NCBI GenBank assembly: GCA_964016885.1
Contig: OZ024744.1
Span: 67,146,001-67,210,000, forward strand
Source of the DNA: Eledone cirrhosa
Taxonomy: Eukaryota
Length of the DNA: 64,000 bases
Reading direction: 5' to 3'
Under the pieces are notes generated by a model, which was given only the letters and a program-made list of their open reading frames with translations, did no database searches and was not told where the DNA came from. The first letter of the stretch is position 1, and each line of letters begins with the position of its first letter. Positions 1-10,725 of this stretch are shown here, piece after piece. Position numbers and translations under genes: made by a program.

Positions 1-216
1 AACTTTGATAGACTATATATATGTGTTTGTGTCTATATTGTATCCGTATTATTTTTGACGGTTGGTCAGTCAATGGCAACATTGAGGACCGAATAAATTA
101 GATTGCCGATATAAAAGACACAGAAGCGAAAAGCGAAAACCAACCAAACAGTGAGTGTGATCTGTTATTAATTCTGGCAATATTACACAAATATGACCCT
201 CCTCAAGTATAGCAAT

Positions 217-945
<729 letters not shown>

Positions 946-1550
946 TCCATTCTTTTTGGTTTCCACATAGATACTCACTTTAATATAAGCCACAATACAA
1001 TAGTTTATATATATTCTTGAGAAATGAGAAACACAATAAATATTAAATTGTATATTACATAATATATATATATGCATGAGAAATGTAATAAAGATTATAT
1101 TGTATATTACATACTTTATATATATATACACACACACACACACGCACACACACACTCATACACACGCATACATACATACATGGTGGCTGCCAACTCGTTT
1201 TCGAGTACGGCCACTACTTTAAATCCATGTAGGAGAACCCTTACCGATGCGCTGAACGAGTGTGACATTTTAGTCCAGCCAGCGACTTGAAAACTCTGGT
1301 ACAAACACTACACTTGTGACAATTATTGACACATAGTGCTGGGCCCATGGTACCATGTGACGACAAGTGCAGAGAGATCTCCAGATATAAAGCAATGCCT
1401 GTGCTGTGAAGCTTTTATAGTGAGCAAAGGCACTGCACAAAGCCAGTCCCACTCTCTTAACCTAGATGATATTTACCAAAAAGAAGAACAAGTCAACATC
1501 ATTGGATACCATCAGGCTTGCAGGTGTTATATAATAGTTTTCCTTCATAC

Positions 1551-1582
<32 letters not shown>

Positions 1583-1586
<4 letters not shown>

Positions 1587-2394
1587 GATAATAAGGGCGC
1601 TGCGGAGTTGAAAATGGGTTACATATGAAAAAAGTTTGTCCTTCATCAGTGATCTTCCAACCATCATAGGCATTTCATCGCTTTAAAGACCATATACCTC
1701 CGGTTGGTGCGAGCAACCGCTAAAAAAAGTCGTTGGGACACGTAAATAAAGGGGACGTGAGGGTAAACATACAAAATGGTGAAGCAACAGAAAGTGAGGA
1801 AGAAAGAGACAAGTCCCAGATTTCTATGAATTTAAATTCGGTGAAATCGTGAACGAGAGAATAAAGACCATCAAACCTGGTTGAAATGTGAGCAAGGAAG
1901 GAATTTCGCACAGGTCTAACGGGAGGAAGAAGGGGTCTGGTTTGCGAATTCGGTAAACATAAGTTCTGTGAAATCGCAGACGAGAGAGAGAAAAAATTCC
2001 GACCAGCTTGGCCGAGAGTGCGAGAGAAAAGAATTACTCACAGGTCAAACGGGAAGAAAGAGGAGGAGGAGAGGTAGTGACAGAGAATGAGTGAGTGAAG
2101 GGTGAGGAGGAGGCTAACAGAGAGAGAGACTGCTAGAAAGGGTAAAGATACACAGAACGAAAAAGACGCCTAGCAGCAGAGGAAAAAATATGTGTAAATA
2201 TGATAATAAGGGCGCTGCGGAGTTGAAAATGGGTTACATATGAAAAAAGTTTGTCCTTCATCAGTGATCTTCCAACCATCATAGGCATTTCATCGCTTTA
2301 AAGACCATATACCACCGGTTGGTGCGAGCAACGGCTAAAAAAAGTCGTTGGGACACGTAAATAAAGGGGACGCGAGGGTAAACAACAAAATGGT
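1583..2394 (-). mobile_element. ~197-bp direct repeats (1583-1780, 2198-2394) flanking a purine-rich spacer; probable Penelope-like or non-autonomous retroelement fragment
   Basis: Two near-identical copies of ATATGATAATAAGGGCGCTGCGG...ACAAAATGGT, 615 bp apart. The left end abuts (TA)n and the right end abuts a Penelope-like 3' end. Each copy has CTGATGAAGGAC on the minus strand, the same 12-mer that opens the ribozyme at 2879. The repeat is seen directly; the family assignment is inference. Confidence 0.5.
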
Positions 2395-2998
2395 TCCTCT
2401 CTTGGACTCAACTCACCTCCCCAATTTCTCTAATACCCCGTCCATTATCACACCCCTAGATTCCTATCGCTTTCACTTGATCATTAGCAGCTTCTCTTAC
2501 AACTAATACATGCCGATACACACCCTTATATTAACATACTTGTGCTCATAGCTTCGTGCTTACATGCACACACATTATTTTACTCACATATACACACAGA
2601 TTTCTTCTTAGTTTATAATAACACACACACAGACACACACACATGCTTACGCACGTGCTCAAGTATAGCTCTTTTTACAAAACGTTTTTTTTTTCCATTT
2701 CAGGTAGAGGTGCTCCATCATCCACTTTTCTATAAAAAAAAATCATACACAAAACGCCAGCACCAACAGTTGTCCAAGAGATGTCAACATGAATGGACCT
2801 GTTATTTTTATCTAAAGAATTTTATTCCAATTCTATCCCGCTCGTCCCCTCAATCTATTTTATTTCTCATTCTTTCTTCTGATGAAGGACTAGCGTCCGA
2901 AATGTTAAGACCCTCTTCCTGCTATATCAAGCGTTAACCTAATATATACTTTCCATATACTGTACCGATTGTGTTGTTATTTCTGTTTACCTTTTACA
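2395..2998 (+). mobile_element. 3' end of a Penelope-like element (GIY-YIG C-terminal tail, pLTR with hammerhead)
   Basis: 2398-2433 translates SLGLNSPPQFL*, resembling the (P)xGLN ending of Penelope GIY-YIG domains. It is followed by a pyrimidine-rich UTR, a hammerhead motif at 2875-2910, and termination in (CA)/(TA)n. Confidence 0.6.
2875..2910 (+). ncRNA. Minimal type I hammerhead ribozyme motif (probably decayed)
   Basis: TCTT-CTGATGA-A-GGAC-tagc-GTCC-GAAA-TG-TT-AAGA. Stem I is TCTT/AAGA and stem II is GGAC/GTCC. Stem III reads AATGTT, probably from palindromic AACGTT by CpG decay. Confidence 0.65.
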
Positions 2999-2999
2999 T

Positions 3000-3033
<34 letters not shown>

Positions 3034-3206
3034 GTAATATAGTATATGTAATATGTAGTATACTATATGTAATATACTATATGTAATTTTTATTACATGT
3101 ATTATATTTCTCATTGCTCAAGAATTCATAAACAATTGTGTGTGTGCGTGTGTGTCTGTCTGTGAGTATGTGTATGTCTGTGTATGCGGTGTGTGAGTCA
3201 GTCTGT

Positions 3207-3540
3207 GCGAAGGCGTGTGGCTTAATGTTTTGGGTGTTCAGATGACGACCATACTGCAATGAGTCAGACTCATTGTGGCATGTTGTGTCCATTATTTCAC
3301 GTTGCTCCAGTCCTGTCAGCTGGAAATATTGAGTTGTATTTGTGATTCAAAGAGTCAGCATTGTTACATAATGTGTTACACTGAAGCATTCTGTGAATTA
3401 CGTTAAGCGTACATGTGTCATTAATTTCATGCACAGCCTGTTCCGTTGGTCAAGCAACTTGAACACTCATCGTAGAGACCGACGGAGGTCCATCAACAAT
3501 GACGACGATGACGACGACGACAACAACAACAACAACAACA
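3207..3540 (+). mobile_element. Diverged tRNA-derived SINE with (GAC/AAC)n tail
   Basis: A-box-like TGGCTTAATG near 3218, central TTATTTCACGTTGCTCCAGTCC..TCAGCTGG motif that I recognise from mollusc SINEs, and a simple-repeat tail at ~3495-3540. The B box is degraded. Confidence 0.5.
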
Positions 3541-3550
3541 TATGTTTATA

Positions 3551-4075
3551 CAGGGTGGCCCAAAAGTTACACAGAGGTTTTAGTTTTTATTAACTTCCTG
3601 AATTGTACAGACTGATGTATGAAATTTTGATACAACTTAAAGAACATAATTGTTTCTACTTTTGGCACAAGGCCAGCAATTATCCCAGTGTATTACTGGT
3701 ATTTTATTTTATCGACCCCGTAAGGATGAAAGGCAAAGTTAACCTCGGCGGGACATAAAGGAACATAATTGTTTCTACGTTAGGCACAAGGCCAGCAATT
3801 ATCCAGTGCATTACTGGTACTTTATTTTATCGACCCCGTAAGGATGAAAGGCAAAGTTAACCTTGGCAGGATTTGAACTCAGAAAGGCAAGGGCCTTAAC
3901 TCTATACGTCAAAGCATGGCGTCCGACCCTCTACCAATACTGCCAATCCACGAACATAATGGAAATTATTTTGCACTCGTCAATTCTTGTCACACCTCTA
4001 CATTACTAAATATTATAAAAAATTTTTAAAAATTATGAACAGCTGCGACCCCTGTGTGGCTTTTGGGCCACCCTA
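3551..4075. mobile_element. Tc1/mariner-type MITE
   Basis: Terminal inverted repeats CAGGGTGGCCCAAAAGTTACACAGAGG (3551-) and CCCCTGTGTGGCTTTTGGGCCACCCTA (-4075), flanked by TA on both sides; no transposase ORF. Confidence 0.8.
3651..3951 (-). mobile_element. tRNA-derived SINE (Nin/Deu-like core) with a partial tandem duplicate, inserted in the MITE
   Basis: Minus strand has B box GAGTTCAAATCC, core CTTTGCCTTTCATCCTTACGGGGTCGATAAAATAAAGTACCAG and tail GGCCTTGTGCC..AGAAACAATT. GAACATAAT occurs at 3642-3650, 3761-3769 and 3952-3960 (TSD-like). 3651-3753 duplicates the 3' half. Confidence 0.8.
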
Positions 4076-4710
4076 TATTTGTTTTGACATTTTCTATCGA
4101 TGTGGAAAAGAGAATGTGCACACTTTCGAGAAAAATAACCCATACGAATGAAGCTGGAAGAGAAAATAGATGACTGGGTGGTTTGTAGATCGAAATAACT
4201 AACATTTGATAGTAATAAATAAACAAATAATTTTGAAACTTTTCTTTTCGAATTACAAATGTTTATTTTCCATATAGAAATCATAAAAAAGAAAGGGAAA
4301 CAATAGGAAAGAAAAAATAGGGAAATATAGAATAAAAAAAAGAGGTGAGAAAGAAAGAAGGAAAAAACGGGAAGGGGATGGATGGCAAGATCTCTGGTGT
4401 CGCAGAAGGGAGGGGAGGGGTAAAAGGGGGAGGGTGATTTGGCTTTGGGCCTAGGACTAGAGGGCAGAAGTGCTCCGCCTCCGGCCAGTGGCACCTACTG
4501 CAACAGCCACCCAATCACGTGAGATTCCCTCCTCGACACTAAATGACAACTGCAAAAGTGTATGATTGTTTTTTTTTGTTTTTTTTTTCTGACACCAAAG
4601 CTGCTGATACAAATGAATAAAAAGGAGTGGGTTTGTTGTTTTATACACTAACATGACATGAACATCTCCGTAAAACTGTTTCAATCGCCAGATAAAACAC
4701 AAAGACAGAC

Positions 4711-4759
<49 letters not shown>

Positions 4760-5290
4760 CATATATATTTATATACACACACACACAAACACAAACAAAC
4801 ATTAATAAAAAAAATGAACGTAAACAGATCTTTTTATGCTTCAATGACACCGGGTTTTATTCGTTCTACAGCTAAGCTCATGGTACATAGGATTAATAGC
4901 CTCACACATTAGATATATATTGAACATGACGTTAGGCTGTGATAATTGTGCCTGGCCACCATAAAAAAAATAGTCATTTACCGAATTCTATGTATCAATT
5001 TTTCTTCTCTTAGCTTTGTAATTTCATAATTGTTATATGAATATATTAACATAAATTTCTTTCAACTTTTAACAAATCTATTTCAAATAGGAACACTACA
5101 GATATATAAAAATAAAAAAGTCACGGAAAATGAAGGAAAGGGCAAGGGCTCTAGGATCACACAAGAATGGGAAGGGGAGGGTGATGGGCTCTAGACCTAG
5201 GGCGCAGCAGTGCTGGCGCTGCACCCCACGGACAAGAACTTTTATCATTAATTGGAAATCATTTATTTTTATATATTTAATAATAGTTTA

Positions 5291-5447
5291 AGGAGGCGAA
5301 CGGGTAGAGTTATCATCGCATCGATTTAAAAATGCTTTGTTTTGGATGGATCATTGCACTCTGTGTTCAAATCCCGCCGAGGTCAACTTTGTTTGTCTTC
5401 CATTAGAGGTCGATAAATAAAGTACCAGTCGCGTATTGGGGTCGATT
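5291..5447 (+). mobile_element. Diverged SINE copy, same family as 3651-3951
   Basis: GTGTTCAAATCCCGCCGAGGTCAACTTTG...GGTCGATAAATAAAGTACCAGT matches the reverse complement of the other copies. Confidence 0.75.
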
Positions 5448-5453
5448 CTCTCT

Positions 5454-5500
<47 letters not shown>

Positions 5501-5772
5501 ATTGGATAATATTTAATATTACCCACATCTTATATATATATATATATATATAATTAAGTCAAAAATGTACATCCACATATGTATACTGAAATACTAGTAT
5601 GCATATGAATACACACACGTATACATATGTAGATGTACCGAGTTTTTCACTGGTCACTTTACCGTGAGTGTCCAGCTATTCTGTATGTAAACACACAGAC
5701 AAACCGGTTTTTAGAGTCATACTGGTTTTTGAGGAAACACCTTTCCTCTATTCTTCAGAAAGCCAGACAAGG

Positions 5773-5817
5773 AATATTGAACTAGTTTCGTTGTTGTTAC
5801 AACTCATCAGCAATATT
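5773..5817 (-). ncRNA. Minimal type I hammerhead ribozyme (inverted copy)
   Basis: Exact reverse complement of 5853-5897. Confidence 0.8.
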
Positions 5818-5852
5818 TACCTATCTTCTCTAGAGAGGCCGGAAGATAGGTA

Positions 5853-5897
5853 AATATTGCTGATGAGTTGTAACAACAACGAAACTAGTTCAATATT
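5853..5897 (+). ncRNA. Minimal type I hammerhead ribozyme
   Basis: AATATTG-CTGATGA-GTTGT-aaca-ACAAC-GAAA-CTAG-TT-CAATATT. It has a 7-bp stem I, intact CUGAUGA and GAAA core, a 5-bp stem II, palindromic stem III (AACTAGTT) and predicted cleavage after GUU (5890). Confidence 0.85.
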
Positions 5898-6318
5898 CCT
5901 TGTCTGGCTTTCTGGAGAATAGAGGAAAGGTGTTTCCTCAAAAACCAGTATGACTCTAAAAACCGGTTTGTCTGCGTGTTTACATACAGAATAGCTGGAC
6001 ACTCACGGTAAAGTGACCAGTGAAAAACTCGGTACATCTACATATGTATACGTGTGTGTATTCATATGCATACTAGTATTTCAGTATACATATGTGGATG
6101 TACATTTTTGACTTAATTGTTTAAGCGTCAGTCATACAAAAGTGAGTTACAAACGAAACGAAATTTAATTTCGTTTCGTTATTTGTTTTTATCGTCTCCG
6201 TTGAACCGGTACGTACTCACGCTCTATGCAAATTAGTCTGCCCACTACTAATTTTCATAGAAAAAGCATATAACGATATGTGCTTTTACGATTCTCTAGA
6301 GAGGCCGGAAGATAGGTA

Positions 6319-6363
6319 AATATTGCTGATGAGTTGTAACAACAACGAAACTAGTTCAATATT
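6319..6363 (+). ncRNA. Minimal type I hammerhead ribozyme (second tandem copy)
   Basis: Identical to 5853-5897, 466 bp downstream. Confidence 0.85.
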
Positions 6364-6687
6364 CCTTGTCTGGCTTTCTGGAGAATAGAGGAAAGGTGTT
6401 TCCTCAAAAACCAGTATGACTCTAAAAACCGGTTTGTCTGTGTGTTTACATACAGAATAGCTGGACACTCACGGTAAAGTGACCAGTGAAAAACTCGGTA
6501 CATCTACATATGTATACGTGTGTGTATTCATATGCATACTAGTATTTCAGTATACATATGTGGATGTACATTTTTGACTTAATTGTTTAAGCGTCAGTCA
6601 TACAAAAGTGAGTTACAAACGAAACGAAATTTAATTTCGTTTCGTTATTTGTTTATATATATATATATATATATATACATTGATATA

Positions 6688-7084
6688 CGAGGGCAATCCC
6701 AAAAGTAAGGTCTCCTTCCGATATTGCATCTTCCGATATTGCAACTTTTCCGTTAAAATCCTGTGGATGGTGCTTCGGGAAACCTCAGGAACCAAAATGC
6801 AGAGAGCAGCCAGAGCGATCCACCGATCTTTACGTATGTTTTCCTTGGAAGGAGACCTTACTTTTGGGATTGCCCTCTATATAATAACTGCGCGAAATTT
6901 GCACTTGGCGGTAGCGTTCAACGGGAGCTCCATTCTCAACGGCTGTCAAGCCAAGATTGAGCATCCCAGCGAAGCGCGCGCATGCTTGTTTGGGAGTGAA
7001 GGAAACACCAATCACAACAGTGTTGCCAACAGCCGTACGAACAGTTTCTCTGCGTTGGAGACCTTACTTTTGGGATTACCCTCG
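6688..7084. mobile_element. mariner-type MITE with one left and two right TIRs
   Basis: TA-CGAGGGCAATCCCAAAAGTAAGGTCTCC (6688-6715), with inverted copies at 6851-6877 and 7057-7084, the latter followed by TA. Confidence 0.8.
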
Positions 7085-7187
7085 TATATATATATATGTG
7101 TGTGTGTATCTCTCTGTGTGTGTGTATGAGTGTGTGTAGTATCCCGGGTTCAATCGGGGTAACCACATTAAGTAAAGTACTCAATAC

Positions 7188-7416
<229 letters not shown>

Positions 7417-7710
7417 TAGTAGAATGGCCCGGCGTTGCTCGGGCTTCTAACCATAGATTGGCATGTTTATCCCTCTTTTCTGAAACAGTACAGAGATGTA
7501 CGGAATAGCTCGGCCTGGGGATAGCGTCTACATTTTGTGCTTAGGCAAATAATTTTCCATTAAGATTTTTCAAAAGCATGTAATTGCGTTCCCTCTCTTT
7601 TTTGTTGTTGTTTTGGCTGCTGTTGGTGTGATAGCAGCCGTTGGTTGGTCGTACTACTTACACAGTCTCGTCCTTCTTCAGCCAATCGTGTATATCCCCT
7701 TCTACCTTGT

Positions 7711-8094
7711 CTACCTAAACAATGATTGTAACACCTCCTTGTACACAATGTTCCTTGTTCTTCCGTGTCGGGCATATGCAAAGAGATTTGTCTTGCTTCC
7801 CACTCTTGAGCAGCCAACGTATAGTTGCCCGTGTGAAAAACCTTGCTCTTCCAAAAGAAGACCAGCAACAGCTAGGGTCGACCCTTGGATTTATTGATAG
7901 ACATTGCAAAGCTGACACGGTCGGCGAATGGTTCGTTGGTTGTCTGTTTCAAATGCTCTTCTGGTAGCAGTACGTTCAGTATCTTGTGACCATCGAATAG
8001 CAGATTCCACTGACGATTCGTTTGCCCGCCTTGTTCCTTTTCTTGCAGCTTTCGCAGTATTTCGGCCAATGGAGTATCTCTTCTTTCGAGGCAT
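7711..8094 (-). pseudogene. Helitron Rep/Helicase remnant: N-terminus fused to PIF1-like helicase C-terminus
   Basis: 8094-~7925 reads MPRKKRYSIGRNTAKAARK..RRANESSVESAIR (basic, Helitron-like N-terminus). ~7917-7711 reads SFAMSINKSKG/TLAVAGLLLEEQGFSHGQLYVGCSRVGSKTNL...TRNIVYKEVL with one frameshift, matching PIF1 helicase motifs V-VI. Confidence 0.85.
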
Positions 8095-8351
8095 GACCTA
8101 AAAGCAGGACGAAATACACCAAGACTAACTGGTAGAGTAAGGAGTAAACTCGTCAGTGTTGCATGTGATTTCTGAACCGTTGACTATGTAATTGTTGGCC
8201 TTGTGCCAAAAGTAGCGGGTCTTTTGGGGTGGCATATCGGCAGTAACAATGACGATAAGCCGTCTGTGCTTTCGTGAAGTAAATATGTTTGTTTATATTT
8301 TGTTTTTGTGTATGCAAAAATATCTGTACATGAATATATAATTATATATAT

Positions 8352-8580
8352 ATCAATATATCTAAAACAGAGAATGTCTGTCTGTCTGTCTGTCTGGCTG
8401 TCTGCATTACGACGCTATATGAGTGTGCATGTATATATATATAGTGTGTGTATATATATATATAGTGTGTGTAACGTTTTTCGAAATATTTACTTCTGCG
8501 TTCACAGATTGATTTTTTAGTTTCAGAAGATCCCGTTAAGGGTCGAAGCAGCGAATCATTGCTTAAACTTTAATCTGTTA

Positions 8581-8643
<63 letters not shown>

Positions 8644-8846
8644 GTGTACAGATATTTATATATATATATAATATATATATATATATAATATATATATAAT
8701 CTACGACGAATTTTTTTATAAGCACAAAATGTAGAGACCATCCCGAGATCGAGGTATTACGTACTTCTCTGTACTGTTTCAGAAAGGAGGGATAAATATG
8801 CTAATCTACGTTTAGAATCCCGAACAATGCCGGGCCATTCTGCTAG
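8352..8846 (+). mobile_element. Short non-autonomous Helitron nested in the larger one in opposite orientation
   Basis: Starts near TCAATATATCTAAAACAGAGAA(TGTC)n and ends with hairpin CCCGAACAATGCCGGG plus CATTCTG-CTAG (8843-8846). 8718-8846 is an inverted homolog of 7416-7542, and 8474-8590 is an inverted homolog of 8849-8966. Confidence 0.75.
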
Positions 8847-9527
8847 TATATATTAAAATAACAGATTAAAGTTTAAGCAAAGAATCGCTGCTTTCACCCT
8901 TAACGGGATCTTCTGAAACTAAAAAAATCAATCTGTAAACGCAGAAGTAAATATTTTGAAAAACGTTGCAACCGAACGAAAAGAAGGCGATACTTTGGTT
9001 CATGAAGACGTTCCCTGGCAATGAACGGAAGATAGCGAACATAATACGTCAGCAATGAGAACAATGTTTTCATAATGTCGTAATGCAGACAGCCAGACAT
9101 AGAGACAGATATTATAAGGGCGCCACGTTATAGCTATGTATCCATCTAAAAAGACAGACTAAGAAAGAGAGAGAGATCGCTACCCAGCGCCTAACACGCC
9201 TTTAACAACAGAAAATTGAAAAATAAAAGCTGCAGTTAATATCTTTAGACCGCAAGGAATATATAAATGCATGTTTGAAGTCAATTGGAGTAGAAATGTG
9301 GATTTGTATAGACTTTGTAAAAATTAGGACACACACACACAGATATTATAAAGAACGAGGAATCAGTGTTGTAACGTATCACGGACGCATTTACCTGTAA
9401 CCATACAACTATATATGTATTGTGTGTGGGGGGGGGGGGCGTGTGTGTGTGTGCGCGCGCGCTGTGTGTGTGTGAAAGAAATCGGCTGTATTCCGATCTG
9501 GAGATGGATGGGCTTTGCCAAGTTTAA

Positions 9528-9735
9528 CCTTTTAGCATTTAAACCATCCATATCCGGCCAGAATTCTCTCACCTCTTTCTGTTCAAACCGGCTGTAACTG
9601 GCCACTAATACTGATGTTATGGTATTGTTCTCAAAATAGATAATATCAAAATCTCGTAGATTCAATATTATGGGAGATAATTATGTTAGCTAAAGCCATG
9701 AAAATACAATAGTAAATATAGAGTAATGCAAATGG
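9528..9735. mobile_element. TTAA-flanked MITE (piggyBac-like)
   Basis: TTAA-CCTTTTAGCATT ... AATGCAAATGG-TTAA: imperfect short TIRs with TTAA on both sides. Confidence 0.5.
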
Positions 9736-9828
9736 TTAAGGATTAAAATGCCAAAGAGGTGTGTCATCAATGCCGTCTATCATGAGTTAAGAACCCCGTT
9801 ACTTTTTTTAATAACATTGGGTCGTCAA

Positions 9829-9833
9829 GCAGC

Positions 9834-9894
<61 letters not shown>

Positions 9895-9912
9895 ACAGCA
9901 GCAGCAGCAGCG
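9829..9912. repeat. (GTA)n/(GCA)n trinucleotide microsatellite
   Basis: Read directly from the sequence; it explains the poly-V ORF. Confidence 0.95.
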
Positions 9913-10017
9913 ATGGTGGTAGTGTTAGTAGTATTTTCAAGGCTGTAGAGTTGATAAATGATATGATTCGGTGGTTTGAAGTACCAAGTAGAATTAATTG
10001 TGAAATCTACCTATAAT

Positions 10018-10132
10018 AATTGTTTCTACTTTTTGGCACAAGACCAGTAATTAACCAATGTATTACTGGTACTTTATTCTATCGACCCCGGAAGGATGAA
10101 AAGCAAAGTTAACCTCGGCGGGATTAACTTTG
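10018..10132 (-). mobile_element. 5'-truncated SINE copy with TSD
   Basis: Same family as 3651-3951. CCTATAAT at 10010-10017 and 10133-10140 flanks it, with a short inverted segment TTAACTTTGC at the truncated end. Confidence 0.75.
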
Positions 10133-10685
10133 CCTATAATCTAACTATAATAATAAACCGATAACGTCGTACCCACTGCTGCGCTATCGTTTAGCTATTG
10201 TCTACTTAGCAGTACCTACAATTGCAGACATAAACACTATGCCTAGGATTCTTTTGATTTAAAAAAAAAAAGAGGATAGGCTTTTTTTTGTCGGTTATTC
10301 TATTTTATTTGTTTAATAATCTAAAAAAACATTCCTTTTCTTTTTTCTTCATTTATCATAATGTTTTCTTTTTTGTGTGTTTTTAATAAGTATTATTGTT
10401 TTATAACTACTCTGTTTATTTCCTTGAGACTTCATATCATTTCACATTCTTCTGACGTGAAGTGTTTTCTTGTTTATCCACATCAGAAAACACCTGCCAC
10501 AATATGCCACACTTCAGATGATGGTTTTAATACCATCACTGAGCAGATGCTTCTTAAAATTTCAACATCTTCTGAAGATAATTTGTTTAAGCATATTACA
10601 GACTGATTCTTCTAACAGTTTCAGGAAATTTTCTCATTATCAAAACAAGGTTCTTGTGATTTAAAATCTGGCCACTTGTTTTAGA

Positions 10686-10725
10686 ACTACTACTACTACT
10701 ACTACTACTATTATTATTATTATTA
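10686..10725. repeat. (CTA)n(TTA)n microsatellite at the LINE 3' end
   Basis: Reads (TAA)n(TAG)n on the LINE strand, consistent with the TAA-repeat target of Dong elements. Confidence 0.9.

Larger units (their letters stand above)
5552..6654 (+). mobile_element. Hammerhead-containing non-coding retroelement: inverted partial copy plus tandem copies (Penelope pLTR or retrozyme-like)
   Basis: 277-bp inverted arms 5552-5828 / 5842-6118 with a 13-nt spacer, and 363-bp direct repeats 5826-6188 / 6292-6654 (period 466). Both outer ends abut (TA)n. Each copy carries one hammerhead motif. Confidence 0.8.

Noticed and set aside
1336-1611. Possible exon or LTR-retrotransposon RT fragment (..QVNIIGYHQ..)
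   Set aside because: Only a vague resemblance, with no catalytic motif or supporting neighbouring fragments.
1637-1648. Hammerhead on the minus strand (CTGATGAAGGAC; also ~2253-2264)
   Set aside because: No closing stem II strand or GAAA at the right spacing, so it is not a complete ribozyme.
3860-3950. tRNA gene
   Set aside because: B-box similarity belongs to the SINE head; no cloverleaf can be formed.
5668-6468. Three near-identical 60-aa ORFs (MSSYSVCKH...)
   Set aside because: They lie antisense to the ribozyme strand, start at GTG, show no recognisable domain, and recur only because the DNA is repeated.
10361-10670. Possible Tc1 transposase N-terminal fragment on the minus strand (RKHFTSEECEMI)
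   Set aside because: Too short, interrupted by stops, and no TIRs found.
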